A stretch of 64,000 bases of DNA from Planctomycetota bacterium (GTDB lineage: Bacteria > Planctomycetota > UBA1135 > UBA2386), in NCBI GenBank assembly GCA_965228735.1, contig OZ245838.1:2400001-2464000 (forward strand), given 5' to 3'. The position numbers and the translations under genes were made by a program. The first letter of the stretch is position 1, and every line of letters starts with the position of its first letter. This document shows positions 47,212 to 57,442 of the stretch, in pieces. Below the pieces are notes generated by a model. It worked only from the letters and a program-made list of their open reading frames with translations, was not told the DNA's origin and searched no databases.

Positions 47212-48630
47212 CTACGGGAAGATCCCCCGCTCCGCGTAACTCTCCGCGATCTTACCGATCGCGACGGCCAGCGCCGCGGCGCGGTTGTCGGTGTTCCAAC
47301 GCTTGGCGCCTTCTCGCATCTGCTGGAATCCCGAGACCATCGTCTCCTCGAGGCCGGAGCGGACGAGGTCGCCCTCGGAAGCGCCGACCGACAGCTCGTT
47401 GACCAGTCCCGGGTCGAAGCTGTCGCCCGTGAGCTCTTCGACCGCCTTCAGCACGCCCCGGATCGACGAGCCGGCGAACCGCCGCTCCATCCGGCCGAAA
47501 CGGATGTGACTGAGGTTCTTGAGCCACTCGAAGTACGACACCGTGACGCCGCCGGCATTGAGGTAGAGATCGGGCAACACGAGGATGCCGCGCTCCTGCA
47601 GGATCGTGCCGGCCTCGGCCGTCGTCGGGCCATTGGCGGCCTCGGCGACGATGCGCGCCTGAATGCGCCGCGCGATGTCGGGCACGATCATGTTCTCGAG
47701 CGCCGCCGGCAGCAGGATGTCGCACGGCCAGGTCAGACCTTCGACGCCGTCCTTGCCACCCTCGATCTTGGTCTTGCCGTCGAACTCGAGCATCGAGCCG
47801 CCCTCGGCCCGCCGCGCGGCGATCGCCTCGAAGTCGAGCCCCTCCGGGTCGTAGAGCGCGCCCTCGAACTCGAGGATGCCGACGATCCGCGCGCCCTCGG
47901 CCGCGAGGCAGCGCGCGGCGTGCAGGCCGACGTTGCCGAGACCCTGGATCACGACGGTCTTGCCTTCGAGCCCCAGCGACAGACCGAGTTCCTGCATCGA
48001 TTCGGCCTCGGCGACCGTCTCCCGAATGCCGAAGTACACGCCGAGCCCGGTTGCCTCGACGCGGCCCCGCACGCCGCCCTGCGACACCGGCTTGCCCGTG
48101 ACGCAGCCCGCGGCGCCGAGCTCGCCGCGCGACATCGCGAAGTAGGTGTCCGCCATCCACGACAGCTCCCGGGCACCGACCCCCATGTCCGGTCCCGGCA
48201 CATCGACGCCGGGGCCGATGCAGTTGCGCAGCGTCAGCTCGTAGGTGAACCGGCGCATGATCCGCTCGAGCTCTTCGTCGCTGTAGCTCGACTTGTCGAT
48301 CTTGATCGCACCCTTCGCGCCGCCGTACGGAACGTCGACGAGCGCGCACTTGTAGCTCATCAGCGCGGCGAGCGCGGAGACCTCGTCCTCGGACGCCTGG
48401 GTGGTCAAGCGGATGCCGCCCTTCACGGGCTGCCGATGCAGCGAGTGGTGCGCGCGCCAGCCGTGGATCACTTCGATCCTGCCATCGTCCCGCTCGAGCG
48501 GGAAGGAGATGTGGTAGACGGCGTTGCAGGCCTTGATCTGCTCGGCGAGACCCGCCGGCAGATTGAGCAGCGCCGCGGCGCGGTCGAACTGCAGGTTGAC
48601 CTGCTCGAAGAACGGGATGTGGGCGGTCAT
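47212..48630 (-). CDS. gdhA: Glutamate dehydrogenase (Glu/Leu/Phe/Val family)
   Basis: PVKGGIR, PYGGAKG, VTGKP, QGLGNVG, EAANGP, NAGGVTVSYFEW. Confidence 0.93.
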   Translation of the reverse strand: MTAHIPFFEQVNLQFDRAAALLNLPAGLAEQIKACNAVYHISFPLERDDGRIEVIHGWRAHHSLHRQPVKGGIRLTTQASEDEVSALAALMSYKCALVDVPYGGAKGAIKIDKSSYSDEELERIMRRFTYELTLRNCIGPGVDVPGPDMGVGARELSWMADTYFAMSRGELGAAGCVTGKPVSQGGVRGRVEATGLGVYFGIRETVAEAESMQELGLSLGLEGKTVVIQGLGNVGLHAARCLAAEGARIVGILEFEGALYDPEGLDFEAIAARRAEGGSMLEFDGKTKIEGGKDGVEGLTWPCDILLPAALENMIVPDIARRIQARIVAEAANGPTTAEAGTILQERGILVLPDLYLNAGGVTVSYFEWLKNLSHIRFGRMERRFAGSSIRGVLKAVEELTGDSFDPGLVNELSVGASEGDLVRSGLEETMVSGFQQMREGAKRWNTDNRAAALAVAIGKIAESYAERGIFP

Positions 48631-48850
48631 GCGGTTGCCGGGCTTTCGGTGCCGAGAGGATGGTCGCCGCCGGATCATGGCACAAGTCGCGGGGCGCAAT
48701 TCCGGCCTCGCCGGCCACGGCCCGCGCCTCGCGTCGAACCCGAGCTCGCCAGCGCGGCGCAGTCCTCGGGCTCCGCCCACGTTACGCCGGGTTCGTCCGG
48801 CAGCCGATCTTGGGTGGTGCCGAGCCCGGCGACGGCTTATCCCTCGCCCC

Positions 48851-49459
48851 ATGAGCCCCCACGCCAAACCGGACACCGAAGCCCCGATCCACGACCTGAT
48901 CGCCGCCCGTTGGAGCCCGCGGGCGTTCGAGCAACGCGCCGTCGAGCCCGAGAAACTCCGCAGCATGGTCGAGGCGGCGCGCTGGGCGCCGTCGTGTTTC
49001 AACGAACAGCCGTGGTCGTTCCTGATCGCTCACGCTGACGATCGAGCCGGGTTCGACAAGCTCGCGCAGTGTCTCGCGGACGGCAACGCGTGGGCGAAGC
49101 AGGCCCCGGTGCTCGCGCTGACGGTCGCCCGGCTGAACTTCGACCGCAACGGCAAACCCAACCGGCACGCCTACCACGACGTCGGTCTGGCCGTCGAGAA
49201 TCTCGCCCTGCAGGCCGTCGACCTCGGACTGGCCGTGCACCAGATGGGCGGGTTCGACGCCGATCAGGCGCGCCGGACGCTTTCGATCCCCGATGACCAC
49301 GATCCGGTTGCGATGTTGGCGATCGGCTACGAGGGCAGCCCCGACGCGTTGAGCGACGACCTGCGCCAGAAGGAGGTCGCCGCCAGAAGCCGGAAGGACG
49401 CCGCGTCGTTCGTATTCGGCCCGGACTGGGGCAGCAGTCCGACGGCGCTCGGCCTGTGA
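48851..49459 (+). CDS. Nitroreductase family protein
   Basis: [28 protein letters not shown]. Confidence 0.93.
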   Translation: MSPHAKPDTEAPIHDLIAARWSPRAFEQRAVEPEKLRSMVEAARWAPSCFNEQPWSFLIAHADDRAGFDKLAQCLADGNAWAKQAPVLALTVARLNFDRNGKPNRHAYHDVGLAVENLALQAVDLGLAVHQMGGFDADQARRTLSIPDDHDPVAMLAIGYEGSPDALSDDLRQKEVAARSRKDAASFVFGPDWGSSPTALGL

Positions 49460-49562
49460 CCGGCTGAGCCGTTTCGCCTGCGGCCGGGCGGCAGCGTGCG
49501 TCGCAGGCATCGCGGCATTCTCGCGGTCGACTTCCCGCGCGCGGCGTCCTATGGACCGCCCC

Positions 49563-49772
49563 ATGTCCGACCATGTCTACAAGAAGATCGAGCTCACGGG
49601 CTCGTCCGAGAACAGCATCGAAGAAGCCGTGCAGAACGCCCTGGCCCGCGCGCAGAAGACCGTTCGCAACATGCGCTGGTTCGAGGTCATCGACACGCGC
49701 GGTCACATCGATGGCGGCCAGGTCGCCCATTGGCAGGTGACCATCAAGATCGGCTTCACGCTCGACGAGTAA
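49563..49772 (+). CDS. Dodecin (flavin-binding)
   Basis: [32 protein letters not shown]. Confidence 0.95.
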   Translation: MSDHVYKKIELTGSSENSIEEAVQNALARAQKTVRNMRWFEVIDTRGHIDGGQVAHWQVTIKIGFTLDE

Positions 49773-49859
49773 CGCGCGTTCGCGGCGGTTGCCGGCGCAG
49801 CCCACAGCGAATCGACCGAGACGCTACACTTCGACGGTCGCCGCCCCGCGATCCCGCCC

Positions 49860-52544
49860 ATGCCGACCCGCTCGCTGCCGCCGTTCTGCCTGCTGTTGCT
49901 CGCCACTGCCTGTTCGCTGTCGCAGAGCGGGCGCGACCAGCCCCTGACGTTTCCCAACGAAGCGGCGAAGTGGCGCTACGAGCGCTACCTCGACGAGCAC
50001 GGCGCGATTCCGGCGCAGGCGTGGGAGCGGGCGGGCCGCGCGCGGGATCGAACTGTCACCGCGACCGCGATGTTGGATGACGGTCCGGGCATCAGCCCGC
50101 AAGCGTGGACGCAGCGCGGCCCGGACAACGTCGCCGGCCGCACGCGGTCGATCGCGATCGACCCGAGCAACCCGCAACGGATCTGGGTCGGCGCGGTCAG
50201 CGGCGGGCTCTGGAAGAGCGAGGACGGCGGTTCGACCTGGGCGCTCATCGACGACTGGTGGAGCAACCTGTCGGTCGGGTGCATCGCGCTGCATCCGAAC
50301 GACCCGGACCACATCCGGATCGGCACCGGCGAAGGGTTCTGGTCGCTCGCGCATCTGCAGCGCAGCTTCTCGCACTTCGTGCGCGGGGCTGGGATGTTCG
50401 AGAGCACGGATGGCGGGGCGACGTGGACGCAGGTGCCTGGCACCGCGACCTGGCAGCACATCACGCGTATCGCCATCTCCGAGGCCAACCCCAACGTGAT
50501 CCTCGCGTCGCGGCGACCCGGCGGCATCGCGCGGTCGACCGACGGCGGGCAGACCTGGACCGACGTCGCGACCGGTCTGGTCGCGAGTCCTTTCTCGTAT
50601 CAGGTGCTGTTCGATCCCAATGACGCCAGCAAGGCCGTGGCCCACCTCGCGCCCGCGTCGGTGGCGAGCCATCACGTGATCCGTTCGACGGACGGCGGCC
50701 TGACCTGGCAGTTCGCGAGCTCGGGCCTCGGCAGCGTGAGCGGCGAGTTCTCGCGCATCGAGCTCGCCTATGCGGCATCCGACCCTGGCATGGTCTACGC
50801 GTCGGTCGGCTCGAGCGGCAAGGTGTGGCGTTCGACCGATGACGGGCACACCTGGGTGCAGCGGACGGGCAGCACCAACACGGGAACGTCGTACTACTAC
50901 AACGCGCTGTGGGTCGATCCGACCGACAGCAGTCGGCTGCTCGTCGGCAGCACCCGCGTCCGCCGCTCCACCAACGGTGGACAGTCGTTCTCGACGATCG
51001 CCAACGGCTACATCATGACAACGGAACCGCACCCGGACGTGCACGCGTTCGTGCCGGCGCCGGGCTTCGACGGCTCGTCCAACCGGCGCGTCTACGTCGC
51101 GACCGACGGCGGCGTGCACGTCGCGGCCGACTACCTGACGGCGTCGACGAGCGGCGGCTGGACCGATCTCGACCGGACGATGCGCTCGACGCAGTTCTAT
51201 GCGGCGGCCGGCCATCACAGCGGTGACAAGATCATCGGCGGCACGCAGGACAACGGCACGCTGCGGGTCGCCGGTGCCAGCCCGACGGCCAACCTCGTGT
51301 TCGGCGGCGACGGCGGCCACGTGCAGATCGACCCGACCGACCCCAACTACAGCTACGGCGAGTACCAGTATCTCGGCGTGCATCGCTCGACCAACGGCGG
51401 CAACTCGGCGTCGACGATCACCGCCGGACTCGGCGATGTCGGCTCCGGCCGTTCGAACTTCATCGCGCCGCTCGAGCTCGACCCCAACGACCCTGATCGG
51501 CTGTATGCCGGCGGCCGCAGCCTCTGGCGCACGTCGAATGCACGCACGGGCGCCAACTGGTCCGCGATCAAGAGCAACGTCGGCAGCCTGATCGCGGCGA
51601 TCGCGATCACGCCCGGCGTGCCCGACCGCATCTTCGTCGGCCACAACGACGGCCGGCTCTACCGGACGACCAACGGCACGGCAGGTTCACCGACGTGGAC
51701 CGCGATCGATGACAACGCGGGCAACGACCCGTTGCCCGATCGCGTCATCACGCGGCTCGTCGTCGATCCCTCGAACCCGAACGTCGTCTACGCCTGCTTC
51801 GGTGGGTTCGCGACCGACAACGTCTGGCGTTCGAGCGACGCGGGACTGACGTGGACGGCGCGACCCGGCGCGAGTCCGTTCGCGCTGCCGGCTGCGCCGG
51901 TCTACGGACTCGCCGTGCACCCCGACGACGGCGATGTCCTGTATGCCGCGACCGAGGTCGGGCTGTTCGCGTCCGGCGATGGCGGCATGAACTGGTCGAC
52001 GACCAACGAAGGGCCGGCGAACGTCGTCTGCGAGGAGGTCACGTTCGCCCACGGCACGGGGCCGCGCCGGCTCGTGCTCGCGACGCTGGGCCGCGGGTTG
52101 TGGACCGCGGACGTGGTGCTGCCAACGGTCGCGACGTTCGGCACGGCTTGCGCGGGACACGGTTCGCCGCCCGTGCTCGGCGTCGACCCGCTGCATCCGG
52201 CGCGCGTCGGCCGCACGTTGACGTTGACGGCCACCGGTTTGCTGGCCGGTCAACCAGGAGCGTGGGTCGCGCTCGGCTTGTCCGACACCGCGTGGTCCGG
52301 CGGCGCCCTGCCCTACCCACTCGACGGCTTCGGCATGACCGGTTGCACGCTGCAGACCAGCGTCGAGGCCACCCTCATGGCGCCGGTCTCGGGCGCCGGC
52401 GAAGCGCAGTGGAGCCTGCCGATGCCGGCCGCGCCGAACCTGCTCGGGCTGCCGCTCTTCGCGCAGGCCTTCGGGGCCGAGCCGGGCGCCAACCCGGCCG
52501 GCTTCGTCACCTCGCGACCGCTGGCGATGACGTTGGGCTGGTAG
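49860..52544 (+). CDS. Secreted BNR/Asp-box repeat (VPS10/glycoside hydrolase-like) protein with conserved C-terminal domain
   Basis: Signal peptide (ATAC); many SxDGGxTW boxes; GGTQDNG, GGDGG, ATLGRGLW. Confidence 0.88.
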   Translation: MPTRSLPPFCLLLLATACSLSQSGRDQPLTFPNEAAKWRYERYLDEHGAIPAQAWERAGRARDRTVTATAMLDDGPGISPQAWTQRGPDNVAGRTRSIAIDPSNPQRIWVGAVSGGLWKSEDGGSTWALIDDWWSNLSVGCIALHPNDPDHIRIGTGEGFWSLAHLQRSFSHFVRGAGMFESTDGGATWTQVPGTATWQHITRIAISEANPNVILASRRPGGIARSTDGGQTWTDVATGLVASPFSYQVLFDPNDASKAVAHLAPASVASHHVIRSTDGGLTWQFASSGLGSVSGEFSRIELAYAASDPGMVYASVGSSGKVWRSTDDGHTWVQRTGSTNTGTSYYYNALWVDPTDSSRLLVGSTRVRRSTNGGQSFSTIANGYIMTTEPHPDVHAFVPAPGFDGSSNRRVYVATDGGVHVAADYLTASTSGGWTDLDRTMRSTQFYAAAGHHSGDKIIGGTQDNGTLRVAGASPTANLVFGGDGGHVQIDPTDPNYSYGEYQYLGVHRSTNGGNSASTITAGLGDVGSGRSNFIAPLELDPNDPDRLYAGGRSLWRTSNARTGANWSAIKSNVGSLIAAIAITPGVPDRIFVGHNDGRLYRTTNGTAGSPTWTAIDDNAGNDPLPDRVITRLVVDPSNPNVVYACFGGFATDNVWRSSDAGLTWTARPGASPFALPAAPVYGLAVHPDDGDVLYAATEVGLFASGDGGMNWSTTNEGPANVVCEEVTFAHGTGPRRLVLATLGRGLWTADVVLPTVATFGTACAGHGSPPVLGVDPLHPARVGRTLTLTATGLLAGQPGAWVALGLSDTAWSGGALPYPLDGFGMTGCTLQTSVEATLMAPVSGAGEAQWSLPMPAAPNLLGLPLFAQAFGAEPGANPAGFVTSRPLAMTLGW

Positions 52545-52559
52545 CCGGCCCGATTGCCG

Positions 52560-53621
52560 CTACCGCCGCTGCTTCAGCAGCCCGACCATCGCCTCGCCCA
52601 TCGCCAGCCCGACGTTCATGTAGGTCTTGGCGTTGCCGCCGTAGTGCGCGTTGGAGCTCGAGCCCATGCTGAGCGGGTTGGTGTAGACGGTCGCGACGCT
52701 GCCCTTCAGCTTGCGGTTCTCGGCCAGATCGAACATGCCCTTCAGGATCAGCTCCTCGTTGCCCTTGGCCGACTTCTTGTCGGTCTGGCCGAGCGTCGCG
52801 CACACGAACTTCGCCTTCGGCGCGTCGAACTCCGCGCGCAGTGCGTCGACGAGCCGCACGAGGTTCTCGCCGTACTTGCTCGCGAGACCTTCGTCGTAGC
52901 GGTCCTTGTCACCCTGCCACCACAGGAAGCCCGCAACCTCGTAGCGTTTGGCGCCGGGGTAGTACTTGCCGAGGTCCTGCAGCACGGCCTTCGCGCGCGC
53001 GACGTCGCCGGCGAACTGACAGCCTGCCGTCCATCCGATCGGCTTCGGCTCGGTGCCCTTCTCCCATTTCATCGGGGTCTGGCCGTAGCCCGCGTAAACG
53101 AACGTCTTGCCGCTCTTCTGGTCCACGAACTCGAACGACTCGGAGCCCGGCGGCAGCAGGTCCCAGCCGAGACTGCGGTTGCCGATCGCGCTCTTCAGGA
53201 TCAGGACCGGCGCATCGATCGCGTTCCCGAGCTGGTGGCCGATGCCTTGTTCGATCCCGATCTTCTTGCCCGAGACCGTCAGCCAGTCGTTGCGCTTGAC
53301 GCGGTTCTTGCCGGGTCCGCCGCTGCCCATGACGTGCACGTTGCGCACGTCCCGGCGGCTCGTCCAGTTCCCCAACTCGTCGACCATGAACGGGTAGAGC
53401 CCTTCTTCCTTCACCGCGTGCTCGAGCGAACCCTCGCCACCCTTCACCTTGCCCATCTCGAGCGTGTTGGACTGCCCCATGATGATGAAGACCTGCACGG
53501 GCTTCGTCATCTTCGCGGGCTTGCCGTCGGGGTCCGGCAGGTCCTGCGCCGCTGCCGCCAGCGCGAGGCTGGTCGCGGTGAACAGACGGATCAGGACGCT
53601 CGCGGGGCTGGTCTCTCGCAT
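52560..53621 (-). CDS. Sialate O-acetylesterase-like (SASA/DUF303) SGNH protein
   Basis: Signal peptide; FIIMGQSN, FLWWQGDKD, C-terminal AHY. Confidence 0.85.
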   Translation of the reverse strand: MRETSPASVLIRLFTATSLALAAAAQDLPDPDGKPAKMTKPVQVFIIMGQSNTLEMGKVKGGEGSLEHAVKEEGLYPFMVDELGNWTSRRDVRNVHVMGSGGPGKNRVKRNDWLTVSGKKIGIEQGIGHQLGNAIDAPVLILKSAIGNRSLGWDLLPPGSESFEFVDQKSGKTFVYAGYGQTPMKWEKGTEPKPIGWTAGCQFAGDVARAKAVLQDLGKYYPGAKRYEVAGFLWWQGDKDRYDEGLASKYGENLVRLVDALRAEFDAPKAKFVCATLGQTDKKSAKGNEELILKGMFDLAENRKLKGSVATVYTNPLSMGSSSNAHYGGNAKTYMNVGLAMGEAMVGLLKQRR

Positions 53622-53725
53622 GGGGGTTGGTCGCGCACTGTAGCACGCCCCCTCGGGCGAGGCTCGGCTGCCGCAACCCGCTGCGCGTGAGCCCCACCGA
53701 TCACGTTCGCGGCGAACGGACGCCC

Positions 53726-54931
53726 CTACTTCGGCGCCGCCTCGTACCGATCCCGCAAGTCCTGCGCGCGCCGCTCCGCGTCCTTGGCGGCACGTGCGCG
53801 GCCGAGGAACTTGTCGATGCGCTTCGCGAACCGATCGTGCGTGCGGTCCTTGTAGGCCGGGAACAACACGGGGCGCCTGGCCTGCACCGCGAGCCACTCG
53901 CGCTCGTCCTTGAGTCGCGCGAGATTGTGCCCCGCTTTCTCGAGCTGCTTCTCGTGCTCGCGCGCGGCCTTGCCGGCGGTGCGCGGGAACGCGGTCGCGA
54001 GCGCATCGACGTATCGCAGGAACGCGCCGAACTCGCGCCGGCGCTCCGACGCCTCGCGCATCGCGCGCAGCCACGTCAGTTCGGTCTCACGGATCTTGTC
54101 GCTCAGGTACTGCGCGTCTGAACGCAGCATCCCGTCACCCGCGCGCTCGGCATCGTCGTGAGCGCGGTGCGCCAAGGCCGCCGCTTTGGACAACTCGCCG
54201 GCGTAGTACTCCTCGAGCGCCGCGCCGAGGTCGGCCCCGAGATCGCGCTCGATGCGCGCGGCGCCGAGGCGGGCAAGGGCGTCGTCGACCGCTGCCAGGA
54301 ACGCGCGCTTGTCCGCGACGGCGTCGCCGCTCCAGACGAGCTCGCCGCTGCGCCCGATCACGAACACGGTGCGGTGCGCGGGCCTGGCCGCGACGACGTA
54401 GGGACTCGTGCTCTCGCCCAGCGCGGCGATCGCCACGGGCCAGTCGAGCCCGGAATCGCTCGCATGCTGCTCGGCCCGCTCACCCGGGTCCATGATGGAG
54501 ATCGGCTGCAGGTCGCGATCCGCGTTGGCGCGCGCGAGGTCGCGAACGAGTCCCAGCACGTCGAGCCGCGACTCGGAGTCGCGCCAATCGATCGCGTGGA
54601 TCAGCAACACCTTGCCGTGGTGCCTGGCGAGTCCCGCTGCCGACTTGCCGCCGAGCAGCTCGTCGAGTTCACCGAGACCCTCGATCGGGCGGACGCCGTT
54701 GCCGTCCAGGATCTTGCCGATGACGCGGCTCGGACGTTCGTCGGCCCCCCGCCAGGTGTCGATGCCGAGCTCCGGCGCGGGCCGGCCGACGGCGAGCGGC
54801 AGCGCAGCGGCGCGCTCGTCCGCATCGGGCCTGGCCCCCTCCTGTGAAACGGTTGGCGCGGACAACGCGGCGGCAGCGAGCGCGAAGGCCAACGGGATAG
54901 CTCGGATACGACGGCGGGTTCCGGAAGGCAT
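53726..54931 (-). CDS. Secreted hypothetical protein (thioredoxin-like fold plus helical domain)
   Basis: Signal peptide; VGRPAPEL, GKVLLIH and VFVIGRSGELVW redoxin-like motifs; no CxxC. Confidence 0.7.
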   Translation of the reverse strand: MPSGTRRRIRAIPLAFALAAAALSAPTVSQEGARPDADERAAALPLAVGRPAPELGIDTWRGADERPSRVIGKILDGNGVRPIEGLGELDELLGGKSAAGLARHHGKVLLIHAIDWRDSESRLDVLGLVRDLARANADRDLQPISIMDPGERAEQHASDSGLDWPVAIAALGESTSPYVVAARPAHRTVFVIGRSGELVWSGDAVADKRAFLAAVDDALARLGAARIERDLGADLGAALEEYYAGELSKAAALAHRAHDDAERAGDGMLRSDAQYLSDKIRETELTWLRAMREASERRREFGAFLRYVDALATAFPRTAGKAAREHEKQLEKAGHNLARLKDEREWLAVQARRPVLFPAYKDRTHDRFAKRIDKFLGRARAAKDAERRAQDLRDRYEAAPK

Positions 54932-55166
54932 GGACGACTCAGGCTCGAGGATTCGGTGCCGGCGCGGGGTATGGCCGGCAGAACGGGGAATTGTTGCAGA
55001 GCGGGCGCATGCTGTGGTTCGCGGGCAGGACAACCCGGCGGGATTCGACTCTCCGAGCAATTGACGTACCGACGGTGGTCCGACGCTGCACGAACGACCG
55101 CGGTGACAGGTCGGAAACCCGCGATCCCGACGCCCGCCGATCCTGCCCACTGCCTATCGTCGGGCG

Positions 55167-55781
55167 ATGCTCCTGACCCGACACTTCGTCTTCATCCACG
55201 TGATGAAGACCGGCGGCTCGACGGTGCGCAAGACCCTGGAGGACATCGCGCCGCCGGAATGGCGGCTGCAAAGCGTCGCATTGCACCCGACCCATGCCGA
55301 CATCCCCGCCAGCCACGCGGAGCTGCCGCGACTCGCGTTCGTTCGCAATCCGTACTCGTGGTACGTGTCGTGGTTCCACTATCAGCGCGAGAAGGTGCGG
55401 GACGACTACTGGCTCCAGATCACCGACAACGGGCGACTCGGCTTCGCCGACAGCATGCGTCGGGCGCTCACCGGCAGCCCGGCGCTGGCCCTCGGCGAAG
55501 GACCGTTCCTGCAATACCTGTGGACGGCGCTCGGGCGCGGACTCGAGGGTGTGCACGTCGGCAGGATGGAACACCTGGGGCCCGATCTGCTCAGGATGCT
55601 GCGCAAATGCTGTGACCTGGAGCCGGCCATGATCGAAGCGATCGAGCGCATCCCCGTGCGGAACGCGAGCACCCACGCGCACTACGCGAGCTACTACGAC
55701 GACGAGCTGCGGCAGTTGATCGCCGAGAAGGACGGGCCGATCTTCGACCACTTCGGCTACGCGTGGGAGGACCGCGATTAG
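55167..55781 (+). CDS. Sulfotransferase family 2 protein
   Basis: 5'-PSB FVFIHVMKTGGST; 3'-PB FVRNPYSWYVSWFHY; C-terminal D..FGY. Confidence 0.88.
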   Translation: MLLTRHFVFIHVMKTGGSTVRKTLEDIAPPEWRLQSVALHPTHADIPASHAELPRLAFVRNPYSWYVSWFHYQREKVRDDYWLQITDNGRLGFADSMRRALTGSPALALGEGPFLQYLWTALGRGLEGVHVGRMEHLGPDLLRMLRKCCDLEPAMIEAIERIPVRNASTHAHYASYYDDELRQLIAEKDGPIFDHFGYAWEDRD

Positions 55782-55797
55782 CCAGAATGGCTGGAGG

Positions 55798-56976
55798 TCA
55801 GGAGCCGCGCTGCGGCCGCCTGACCTTGGCGCGGTGGCTGAACGACGCCTTGACGTCGGGGCGCCCCATGTTGGCCACCGAGCAGTTCTCGCACACGTCG
55901 CGCAGCTGGAAGCCATACAGCTGGTTCCGCAGCTCCTGGTACTTCTCCCCGGTCCAGATCTGCTCGAACGTCTGGGTCTTGAAGTCACCGAACGTCGTGA
56001 ACTCGAACCAGCAGCCGCACGGGAACACCGTGCCGTCCGGGTTGACGTGGATGTAGAACCACGGGAAGTAACACGGCCGGTTGTGGTGCTCCTTCTCCTT
56101 GACCTTGAGCAGGAACTCGCGGTTCTTGTGATTCAAGTACTCGGCGACCTCGGGTGACATCGCGAGGTCGCCCGCATCGACGCCGGGGGCCAGCAGCGCA
56201 TTGCCACCACCCTCGTCGCTGCGCGCCTGGTCCGTGACCGGCTCGGCCGTGCGCATGTCATCGGCGATCGGGAACGGCAGCACGACGTTCATTCCGACCT
56301 CGTCCGCCACGCGGCGAGCCTCTTCGATCGTCTCGTTGCAGAGGCGCGGCTCGTTCATCAACGACTCGTCCTCGACGCCGAGGCCGCCGATGACCGCCAT
56401 GTGGACGAAGTTCATGTCGCGCACGCCGCGCTCCTTGAAGAAGCGGATCATCTGCGGCACCTCGCGGATGTTGCTGCGCATCAGCACGCAGGTGACCGAG
56501 ACGTGCGGCAGCTCGCTGCCGCGCGCCCGCTTGCGGTCAGCGATGATGTCGAAGCGACGCAGGAACGGCTCCCACTTCCCGGGCTTGCGGATCTTCTCGA
56601 ACGTCGCCTTCGTGGCGGCGTCGCAGCTGACCGTGAGGACGGGCATGCGACTGTCGATGATCGTGTCCATGATCGCATCGGTCATCGCCAGGCAGTTGGT
56701 GCTGAAGTGGAAGTTCGGCACCTCGTACTTGCGGCACAGTTCGAGCGCGCGCGGCAGCTCCGCAGCGAGCAGCGGCTCGGCGCTCGACGACAGCACCACG
56801 TCGTGAGCCCGCGGGAAGACCTCGCCGGCGACCTTCTCGAGCAGATCGCGCCCCATGGTGACCGGGCTCTCCTGGAACTCTGGATGCGCGAAGTGGCACA
56901 TCACGCAGCGCAGCTGGCAACGGGTCACCATGTCGATCTTGACACGGAGAAAGCGACCTTCTCTTAGCCTCGGCAT
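55798..56976 (-). CDS. Radical SAM protein with SPASM/twitch domain
   Basis: CQLRCVMC; EPLL; C-terminal CYFPW..DGTVFPCGC..CENC. Confidence 0.92.
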   Translation of the reverse strand: MPRLREGRFLRVKIDMVTRCQLRCVMCHFAHPEFQESPVTMGRDLLEKVAGEVFPRAHDVVLSSSAEPLLAAELPRALELCRKYEVPNFHFSTNCLAMTDAIMDTIIDSRMPVLTVSCDAATKATFEKIRKPGKWEPFLRRFDIIADRKRARGSELPHVSVTCVLMRSNIREVPQMIRFFKERGVRDMNFVHMAVIGGLGVEDESLMNEPRLCNETIEEARRVADEVGMNVVLPFPIADDMRTAEPVTDQARSDEGGGNALLAPGVDAGDLAMSPEVAEYLNHKNREFLLKVKEKEHHNRPCYFPWFYIHVNPDGTVFPCGCWFEFTTFGDFKTQTFEQIWTGEKYQELRNQLYGFQLRDVCENCSVANMGRPDVKASFSHRAKVRRPQRGS

Positions 56977-57064
56977 CCAGGCGCGGGATGGTAATCGATC
57001 GGACGGGCCTGTCGAATGCCTCCTTCCAATCGGACTGGGCGTAATCGAGGAAAGGAGCGGACCA

Positions 57065-57442
57065 ATGAAGACGGACGACCGTCAGTACCTAGCGAGTCAC
57101 GAATGGTGCCTGCTCAGCGACGGAATCGCGCAGATCGGCGTGACGAGCGTCGGGCTGGCTCAGATGGCCGTTCCCGTGTTCCTCGATCTCCCCGCGGCGG
57201 GGACCGCCGTCGCAGCCGGTCGACCGTTCGCCGAGTTCGAGACGGCGCGCGGGGTCTTCGACCTGATCTCGCCCGTCAGCGGCGAGATCCTCGAGGTCAA
57301 TCACACGCTCGTCGAACGACTCGATGAGCTCGCCGCCGATCCGCTCACTGCCGGTTGGATGATCCGGGTCAGGTTCGAGTCCGCGGCACCGGAGCTGCTC
57401 GATGCGGCCGCCTACCAGCGGCACTGCGACACGTCGCCTTAG
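57065..57442 (+). CDS. Glycine cleavage H-like protein lacking the lipoyl-lysine
   Basis: AAGGAG RBS; YxxSHEW, IGVT, SPVSGEILEVN, DPLTAGWM, LLDAAAY; ETAR in place of ESVK. Confidence 0.85.
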   Translation: MKTDDRQYLASHEWCLLSDGIAQIGVTSVGLAQMAVPVFLDLPAAGTAVAAGRPFAEFETARGVFDLISPVSGEILEVNHTLVERLDELAADPLTAGWMIRVRFESAAPELLDAAAYQRHCDTSP

